Source of the DNA: Oceanispirochaeta sp.
GTDB lineage: Bacteria > Spirochaetota > Spirochaetia > DSM-2461
Assembly: GCA_963666275.2 (NCBI GenBank)
Contig: CAXXOA010000001.1
Span: 2,016,001 to 2,080,000 of the forward strand
DNA: 64,000 bases
Reading direction: 5' to 3'
How positions within the stretch are numbered: position 1 is the stretch's first letter; the number at the start of each line of letters is the position of its first letter. The position numbers and the translations under genes were made by a program. Positions 57,209-64,000 of the stretch are shown here, piece by piece. Below the pieces are notes generated by a model. The model had not been told where the DNA came from. It saw nothing but the letters and a program-made list of their open reading frames with translations, and did no database searches.

Positions 57209-60200
57209 CTACAGAAGCATTGAGAGTTTTTCCCTCAGGAATTCAGATTTTTCTACAAGCCCGATTTTATCGGAAGCGATGATCATCCTTTCGGGATGTG
57301 CCGCATCCAGCTTGACCTGACCGGCCGAAGTGGCAATCAGTTTCATAACCTTATCCACCGAGATGGCTGCGACTTTACCGAAATCAATATAGACAGCGCC
57401 CTTCCTCTCTCTCAGAGAGGCGATCCACAGTTCCCGGCATATAATTCTGATTTCCGCCAGGGCCATAAGGCTCTGCATTTCCGAAGGAAGAGGTCCGAAC
57501 CTGTCGTAGAGTTCCGAATACAGCCGCTCCTGTTCCTCTTTCTCTGAAATAGAGGCAATCTTTTTATAGACTTCCATTTTTTCCGTGGGATCATGGATGT
57601 AGGTATCGGGAATGAAACCTGTATAAACAAGTTCGAGATAAACTTCCGGCGGTTCCTCTTCCCTTTCATCACGGCTTCTTTCGGCAATTGCCTCCTCCAG
57701 AAGTTTCAGGTACATGTCAAATCCAACTGCCAGGATCTCACCGGACTGCTCGCTGCCCAGAAGATTTCCCGCGCCCCGGACTTCCATATCCTTCATGGCG
57801 ATTTTGAAACCCGATCCCAGATCTGTAAAATCCGATATGATCTGCAGCCTCTTCATGGCTATATCCGAAAGGGCCCGGCTCTCCGGATAGAGAAGATAGG
57901 CATAGGCCAGCCTTTCAGACCGTCCCACCCGTCCCCGCAGCTGATAGAGCTGGGAGATTCCGTACATATCTGCCCTGTCTATGATGATTGTATTGACATT
58001 GGGAATATCAATTCCGTTTTCGATAATCGTGGTGGAAACCAGAACCTGAAAAGACCCATGGATAAACCGGTGCATAATCTCTTCCAGTTCTTTCGGGGTC
58101 ATCTGGCCGTGAGCGGTTTCCACAAAAACCTCGGGGATGAGATCCTGAAGGAAGATCTGAATGGATTCGAGGGACTCCACCCGGTTGTGGAGGAAAAAGA
58201 CCTGACCACCCCTCTCCACTTCTCTCCGGATGGCTCTGGCTACCGTATCGGGATCAAACTCCTGAATAAAGGTTTCAATGGGCTGCCTGTTTTTGGGCGG
58301 TGTTTTGAGAACCGACATATCACGGATTTTAACCAGAGACATATGGAGGGTTCTGGGGATGGGTGTGGCCGAAAGGGTCAGACAGTCAATATTTGTCTTG
58401 AGCTCCTTCATCCTCTCCTTGTCTTTCACACCGAAACGCTGTTCTTCATCTATAATAAGGAGCCCCAGCTGCTTGAATCTGATATCTTTTGAAAGGATCC
58501 GGTGGGTTCCTATGAGCAGATCAATTTCGCCTTTCTCCAGTTTTGCCAGAGTCTCTTTCTGTTCCGCTCTGGGGACAAAACGGGAAAGCATGGCAATCCT
58601 GACGGGAAACCTTTTAAAGCGTTCCTGAAAGTTTTCATAGTGCTGCTCCGCCAGGATCGTGGTGGGACAGAGAAATGCCACCTGACGCCCCCCCATGACC
58701 CCTTTGAAAGCCGCTCTCATGGCAATTTCTGTCTTTCCGTAACCCACATCACCGCAGACTAGACGGTCCATGGGACGGGGGGACATCATATCGCCTTTGA
58801 TATCTTCAATGGCCAGAAGCTGGTCTTTTGTCTCCTGGTAGGGAAATGAAGCTTCGAACTCCACCTGAAAATCGTCGTCCGGCGGAAATGCATACCCCCT
58901 GGCGGTCTGACGTCCTGCATAGAGCTTCACCAGCCTGTCAGCCAGATCCTCTACGGATTTCCGCACTTTCTTCTTTTTACTGTCCCAGCTCTTGCCGCCG
59001 ATCTTGTCCAGTTTGGGTTTCCGGTTGTCGTTACCGATGTAGCGCTGAACAAGGTTCACCTGCTCTATGGGTATAAAAACAGTCTCTTCTCCGGCGTACT
59101 CCAGGGAGATGTAATCCCTTTCGTTCCCCGCAGCGGTGATCCTTTCTATTCCCTTGAAAAGGCCGATTCCGTAGTTGACATGAACCACATAATCGCCCGG
59201 ATTCAGTTCCACAAAGGAGTCAATAATTTCACTCTGAGCTTTCTTTACAGACGCGGGAGCTGACTTTTTCCGCCCGAAGATCTCATTTTCCTGGACCACA
59301 AGGATTTTATCCTCCGCCAGGCAGTATCCCCCTGAGATTCCTTCAGGGATAACTGTGGGTTCAAACTCTTTCAGGAGAAATCCGATCCTGTCCGCCTGGG
59401 ATTCAGATTCGGCAAATATGAATATGGAATACCCCTGATTTCTGAACCCGGCCATCTCCTCTTTCAGGTAGTTGATATTACCGAAAAAAGAACGGCCCGG
59501 ATCGCATTCAAAATGGATGGATTCGGGATTATCCTCCTGCCGGAGATTGTGAATCTGAAGAGTTTTTCTGTGGGAATGCTGCCGCTCTTCCAGGGTCGCT
59601 GTAAATTTATCCGGCGGCGGAACAATCATACCCTGTTCCAGAGCTTTTTCATAAAGCTCGCCGTACTCCTTCATAAGAGAGTTTTCCCCGTACTGAAAAG
59701 ATTCCATATCCACCAGATAGAGAAAATCCTCCCCTTTGATGTAATCCAGGAGAGACACGGGATGATCAAACGCCAGAGGATAGTAGAGCTCTTCCCCGCG
59801 GAATTCACCGCTTGTCAGAAGATGCTCGGAAACCTGTTTGAATAGTGACGGAGTCAGATGTTTTTCAAGACAAAGGATACGCTCTTCATCCCAGACAACC
59901 TCCTTTGCGGGGTAGAGTGTTATATCCGATATTTTTTCACCCGAAGCCTGGGAGACGGGATCGAAGAATTTGATTTCCTCAACCTCGTCAAACTCAAAGA
60001 CTATACGGACCGCATCATCGTATCCCGGAAGGAATATATCCAGGACCTCTCCCCTGAGGGCAAACTCGCCGGGCACACTGACCCGGGGGACCCTGAGATA
60101 ACCGTACTCCTGGAGCCGTCTTTCCAGATAGACAGGATCCAGCTCTCTGCCGAGAGCGATAGGAAGAGCCAGTCCTTTTAAATACTCCGAAGGGGGAAGA

Positions 60201-60592
60201 TAAGAGAGGAAAGACCTTAATGAAGCCACAAACAGGGTATTTCTGGCATTCATCATCTCATAGAGCGTCTTCACCCTTTTTCCGAAAATGGACGCCTGAG
60301 GAGAAACCCCTTTGTAAAGCATAGTGCCCCACCAGGGCATCAGGCTGACCTTATGGTGAAACAGGGAAAGATCCCTGACCAGATCCTGTGCCTCTTTTTC
60401 ACTGGAAACCACGACCAGACCGTTTTTGCCGGAAAGGCTTGTCAGATGACCGATCATTCCCGCCAGATAATTGCCCCGGATTCCCGTCAGATGAAGAGGA
60501 AATTCTCCGGAATTTGCTTTATCCAGAAGAGAATTGAATGAATTGCTTACTTTGAAATGACTTGTTAATGTATTTTGGTATAATGTTATCAT
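57209..60592 (-). CDS. mfd: Transcription-repair coupling factor
   Basis: UvrB-like region, RID (VVHVNYGIG), GDVGYGKT, DEEQRFG, QLRGRVGR, TRG motif. Confidence 0.97.
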   Translation of the reverse strand: MITLYQNTLTSHFKVSNSFNSLLDKANSGEFPLHLTGIRGNYLAGMIGHLTSLSGKNGLVVVSSEKEAQDLVRDLSLFHHKVSLMPWWGTMLYKGVSPQASIFGKRVKTLYEMMNARNTLFVASLRSFLSYLPPSEYLKGLALPIALGRELDPVYLERRLQEYGYLRVPRVSVPGEFALRGEVLDIFLPGYDDAVRIVFEFDEVEEIKFFDPVSQASGEKISDITLYPAKEVVWDEERILCLEKHLTPSLFKQVSEHLLTSGEFRGEELYYPLAFDHPVSLLDYIKGEDFLYLVDMESFQYGENSLMKEYGELYEKALEQGMIVPPPDKFTATLEERQHSHRKTLQIHNLRQEDNPESIHFECDPGRSFFGNINYLKEEMAGFRNQGYSIFIFAESESQADRIGFLLKEFEPTVIPEGISGGYCLAEDKILVVQENEIFGRKKSAPASVKKAQSEIIDSFVELNPGDYVVHVNYGIGLFKGIERITAAGNERDYISLEYAGEETVFIPIEQVNLVQRYIGNDNRKPKLDKIGGKSWDSKKKKVRKSVEDLADRLVKLYAGRQTARGYAFPPDDDFQVEFEASFPYQETKDQLLAIEDIKGDMMSPRPMDRLVCGDVGYGKTEIAMRAAFKGVMGGRQVAFLCPTTILAEQHYENFQERFKRFPVRIAMLSRFVPRAEQKETLAKLEKGEIDLLIGTHRILSKDIRFKQLGLLIIDEEQRFGVKDKERMKELKTNIDCLTLSATPIPRTLHMSLVKIRDMSVLKTPPKNRQPIETFIQEFDPDTVARAIRREVERGGQVFFLHNRVESLESIQIFLQDLIPEVFVETAHGQMTPKELEEIMHRFIHGSFQVLVSTTIIENGIDIPNVNTIIIDRADMYGISQLYQLRGRVGRSERLAYAYLLYPESRALSDIAMKRLQIISDFTDLGSGFKIAMKDMEVRGAGNLLGSEQSGEILAVGFDMYLKLLEEAIAERSRDEREEEPPEVYLELVYTGFIPDTYIHDPTEKMEVYKKIASISEKEEQERLYSELYDRFGPLPSEMQSLMALAEIRIICRELWIASLRERKGAVYIDFGKVAAISVDKVMKLIATSAGQVKLDAAHPERMIIASDKIGLVEKSEFLREKLSMLL

Positions 60593-60637
60593 TTAAAAAA
60601 ACCGAAATTAATAAAAAGAATTTGTTTGGGAGTTCCC

Positions 60638-61582
60638 ATGACCAGAAAGCGAATCAGCTTAATATTATTGCTTATCCTGTTAGGGATTTCTGCCGCATCT
60701 GCTGCAGAACCGGTATTCAGCATAAGGTATTATAACAAGAAAATCTATTACCCCGAGAGTCCCATTCAGATAAAAGTGATCCTGTCCAATCCGGATTCCC
60801 AGCCGATATCATTCAAAGTATCCGAAAACAGGACTTTCAATTTTCAATTTAATCTGAAGACTCTTAAAAACGAAACCCTTCCTCCTTCCAGAGACTACCT
60901 GATAAGCTACAACAGCAATCAGCCCGCCTACTACAGGACTGTCACTCTCGAACCGGGAGAGGAATTCGGATTTATTGTAGACCTTGACTCCTTTGTGAAC
61001 GTCACCGAGCCGGGAGTCTATATTCTGGACGGCCAGTTTTTCAAAGATCTCAATTCCCGGTCGGCCGAGGGCATTCAGTCAAACAAACTCTCCCTGACTA
61101 TCCGTCCGGGAATGTATGCCACAACCTATTCAGATGAAATTGATCTTCAGACGGGAGAGATTCTCAGTCAGGAGAATCTTCCCCCGGATGAAGTGGTTGC
61201 CTATACATTGAAGGCCCGGCAGAAAGATCAGTGGAACAGATTCTTCCTCTATATGGATCTAAAAGATATCCTTCTTCAGAATGATATGATCCGCCGTCAG
61301 TTTGAGAAGATGAGTGAAGAGGAACAGTATCGCGCTCTGGAAGAGTACAAAGAGACTCTTAAAATGGGTGAGATGCCTGAAAATCAGAGTATCGTGGATA
61401 TCCCCATGGATTTTGAAATCCTCCAGACCACCTACAACAGCAGGGAAGCCACTGTCATTGTCAGAGAGGAATTTCAGCAGATTGGTTTCAAAGAGATAAA
61501 AAGATACACCTACTATCTTCACAGATACGACAATATCTGGAAAATACACAGGTATGAAGTCAAAAATGTAGGAACAGAATAA
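60638..61582 (+). CDS. Hypothetical exported protein
   Basis: Signal peptide ending ASA-A; abuts the downstream gene. Confidence 0.65.
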   Translation: MTRKRISLILLLILLGISAASAAEPVFSIRYYNKKIYYPESPIQIKVILSNPDSQPISFKVSENRTFNFQFNLKTLKNETLPPSRDYLISYNSNQPAYYRTVTLEPGEEFGFIVDLDSFVNVTEPGVYILDGQFFKDLNSRSAEGIQSNKLSLTIRPGMYATTYSDEIDLQTGEILSQENLPPDEVVAYTLKARQKDQWNRFFLYMDLKDILLQNDMIRRQFEKMSEEEQYRALEEYKETLKMGEMPENQSIVDIPMDFEILQTTYNSREATVIVREEFQQIGFKEIKRYTYYLHRYDNIWKIHRYEVKNVGTE

Positions 61583-62287
61583 ATGAAACTGCTCTTAGTC
61601 AGCCATGATGAACAACTCGCGGGAGACATATACCGGTATTTTACCCCCCGGGGGTATTCGGTTATACACTATTCCAATCCTCTGAAAGCCATGGACAACT
61701 TCCGGGAGATCCGTCCTGATATCATAATCTTCCATGAACCGGACTTTCCCAGACACTGGAAACTGTCGGTACAGTCTCTGAGAGAACTTTATTCAAGGGA
61801 CACTGCCCTTTTTATCCTTATGGTGCCGCCGGATTATCCGGAAGAGGATCTTCATAAGGCCTATATTCTCGGCGTAAACGGGATTCTCAAGAAAAAAGAG
61901 TCTGAGAAAACTGCTGTAGAAAGTCTTGAATCGCTCATTCTGTATTACAAACCCTCTCCGGAAGTCCGCAAACAGCGCCGCCTTCTGCCACTGGGAGAAA
62001 AAACAATGGATTTCATTTTTATGAATCCCGAGAATCTCCAGCTTATAAATGCCAGGGTTCTGGAGTTGTCTGAATACGGAGCGATTGTAAAACCTGTAGA
62101 AGAGATAAAAACCGAAGGACTGATTCCCGGAATGGAAATCAGCAACTGTTCCCTGAAGACCGGTGATGTTATTCTGAGTATTTCCGTCAGGATTATCGCT
62201 GTCAAAGGGGTCCTTGAACTGGAATTTATCGAAGGCCTGGAAGACTGGAAGTCCCGGCTGAAAAAATCAATTGAGTCATACAATTGA
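61583..62287 (+). CDS. Pseudo-receiver plus PilZ-like domain protein
   Basis: REC-like N-terminus (MKLLLV, PDIIIF); RKQRR and ELSEYG resemble PilZ motifs. Confidence 0.6.
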   Translation: MKLLLVSHDEQLAGDIYRYFTPRGYSVIHYSNPLKAMDNFREIRPDIIIFHEPDFPRHWKLSVQSLRELYSRDTALFILMVPPDYPEEDLHKAYILGVNGILKKKESEKTAVESLESLILYYKPSPEVRKQRRLLPLGEKTMDFIFMNPENLQLINARVLELSEYGAIVKPVEEIKTEGLIPGMEISNCSLKTGDVILSISVRIIAVKGVLELEFIEGLEDWKSRLKKSIESYN

Positions 62288-62412
62288 TTCATGGCTTCAC
62301 AATCTGTACAATTTACTGTATAAAACATATCTTTAAATAAGTTAATTCGGGAAGGCTAAATCATTTTACTCTTCCGGTTCTTATAAAATAGCATGATCAA
62401 TAGGAGGATATA

Positions 62413-63573
62413 ATGAATTTAAGAAACACCTATCAGTTCACCTCTGAAAGTGTTGGAGAGGGACATCCGGATAAAGTCTGTGACCTGATATCAGATTCCG
62501 TCCTGGATACCGCCCTGGCACAGGATAAAGATTCCCGTGTAGCCTGCGAGTGCTTTGCCTCTACCGGTATGGTCCTTGTGGGAGGAGAAATAACCACTAA
62601 CGGGTACATTGATATAATACAGGTTGCCCGTGATACCCTGAAGGAGATCGGATACAATGATCACCGTTACGGCATCGACTACAACTCCTTTTCGGTACTG
62701 TCTGCCATAAAGCCCCAGTCTACGGACATCAGCATGGGTGTCACAGCCGGGGAAGGACTCTACAAGGAACAGGGAGCGGGAGACCAGGGACTGATGTTCG
62801 GTTACGCCTGCCGGGATACGGAAGAACTGATGCCGGCACCCATCCAGTTTTCCCATCAGATTATGAAAAAAGCAGCAGAAGTCAGAAAGAACAAAGTTCT
62901 GGATTTTCTCAGACCCGACGGAAAATGTCAGGTGACCGTCGATTACATTGACGGCAAACCCTCCCATATCTCCACAGTGGTTCTGTCCCATCAGCATGAT
63001 GTGATCGATCATAAAATCATCAGGGAAGGCCTTATCGAAGAAGTCATCAAAAAAAGTCTTCCTTCGGAACTTCTCAATGACAAAACAGTTTTTCATATCA
63101 ATCCCACAGGTAATTTTGTGATCGGAGGCCCCGAAGGAGATGCGGGTCTGACAGGACGGAAAATTATCGTCGATACCTACGGTGGTGCCGCCGCACACGG
63201 CGGAGGAGCTTTTTCCGGTAAAGACCCCTCCAAGGTAGACCGTTCCGCCGCCTACATGGCCCGTTATGTGGCCAAGAACCTTGTTGCTGCAGGAGCAGCA
63301 GACAAATGCCAGGTCCAGCTGGCCTATGCCATCGGTATAGCCGAGCCGGTCTCCCTTTATATTGATACATTCGGAACGGGTAAAGTGGAGGAGGAACTTA
63401 TGGAAAAAGCCGTAAGGGATCTTTTCCGCCTGACCCCAGCCGGGATTATCGATACATTTGATCTGAAAAGACCAATCTACAAACAGACGGCCGCCTACGG
63501 CCACTTCGGACGGAAAGAGTTTCCCTGGGAAAATCTGGATATGGTAGATAAAATCAAAAAAGTTCTGCTTTAA
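62413..63573 (+). CDS. metK: S-adenosylmethionine synthetase
   Basis: [35 protein letters not shown]. Confidence 0.98.
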   Translation: MNLRNTYQFTSESVGEGHPDKVCDLISDSVLDTALAQDKDSRVACECFASTGMVLVGGEITTNGYIDIIQVARDTLKEIGYNDHRYGIDYNSFSVLSAIKPQSTDISMGVTAGEGLYKEQGAGDQGLMFGYACRDTEELMPAPIQFSHQIMKKAAEVRKNKVLDFLRPDGKCQVTVDYIDGKPSHISTVVLSHQHDVIDHKIIREGLIEEVIKKSLPSELLNDKTVFHINPTGNFVIGGPEGDAGLTGRKIIVDTYGGAAAHGGGAFSGKDPSKVDRSAAYMARYVAKNLVAAGAADKCQVQLAYAIGIAEPVSLYIDTFGTGKVEEELMEKAVRDLFRLTPAGIIDTFDLKRPIYKQTAAYGHFGRKEFPWENLDMVDKIKKVLL

Positions 63574-63581
63574 ACAGCAAT

Positions 63582-63612
63582 AAAAAGTTCCGCCTGGTGC
63601 GGAACTTTTTTT
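63582..63612 (+). terminator. Intrinsic terminator after metK
   Basis: AAAAAGTTCCGC...GCGGAACTTTTTTT. Confidence 0.85.
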
Positions 63613-63643
63613 ATGCCTATAATGGAAATCAGGGAGGATATAC

Positions 63644-64000
63644 ATGAGCGATTTTTCCTGGTTAAGCCGTTTCAACCCCGAGTCCGGGACAACTACCTGT
63701 CTTTTATGCCCTCACAACTGCACCCTCAAGCCCGGTGAAACTGGTATCTGTCAGACAAGAAAAGCGGAGGAACGGGAAATCACCCCCCTCAGATCCTATC
63801 CGGTCACAGCGGTTGCGGTGGATCCTATTGAAAAAAAGCCCTTTTATCACTATCTTCCGGGATCCAGAATCCTTTCAGTTGGATTCAGCGGCTGCAATCT
63901 GAAATGCCCCTACTGTCAGAACTGGCATATTGCCCAGACTGTGACCCATCAGTACAGCCAGGTCCTCCCCTCAGATATTCCCGGCCTCTGCAGGGAGCAT
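63644..64000 (+). CDS. amrS: AmmeMemoRadiSam system radical SAM enzyme; runs off the window end and is absent from the ORF track
   Basis: GGAGG RBS; translation contains CLLCPHNC...GIC..R, DPIEKKPFYHY and GCNLKCPYCQNW. Confidence 0.88.
   Translation, partial: MSDFSWLSRFNPESGTTTCLLCPHNCTLKPGETGICQTRKAEEREITPLRSYPVTAVAVDPIEKKPFYHYLPGSRILSVGFSGCNLKCPYCQNWHIAQTVTHQYSQVLPSDIPGLCREH

Noticed and set aside
62288..62412. SAM riboswitch upstream of metK
   Set aside because: The leader is short and AT-rich, with no recognisable SAM-I/II/III core and only a weak GGGAAG/CTTCC pairing. An Rfam scan would be decisive.

Overview
Mostly core chromosome of a free-living-type spirochaete (Spirochaetaceae-like, judged from flaA, cheX, a CheW-CheR fusion, spiro-SPASM, UPF0164 and the murG-cvpA-holB-hk2-rrp2 gene order). 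In order, the window holds: a 5'-truncated MCP; the cheA-cheW/R-cheX-cheY operon, with cheA broken by an exact 8-bp tandem duplication; flaA; an overlapping spiro-SPASM/glycosyltransferase/cytidylyltransferase/methyltransferase/ATP-grasp cluster; xseAB; an envelope cluster (PEGA-barrel protein, giant HAMP-PP2C phosphatase apparently lacking a canonical start codon, large TPR-like protein, UPF0164); an Hk2/Rrp2-like sigma54 system; an unannotated 30-codon gene; three tandem tRNA-Val(TAC); nrdJ with an NrdR box; two adjacent, differently specialised EF-G paralogues; one IS1182-family element; citrate synthase; trmB; a BvgS-like kinase pair; mfd; metK; and the start of an AmmeMemoRadiSam radical SAM gene. 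No CRISPR array, prophage or rRNA was seen. The best candidate for an undescribed system is the spiro-SPASM cluster, proposed here as a flagellar or envelope glycan pathway. All family calls come from motif recognition by eye, not database searches.
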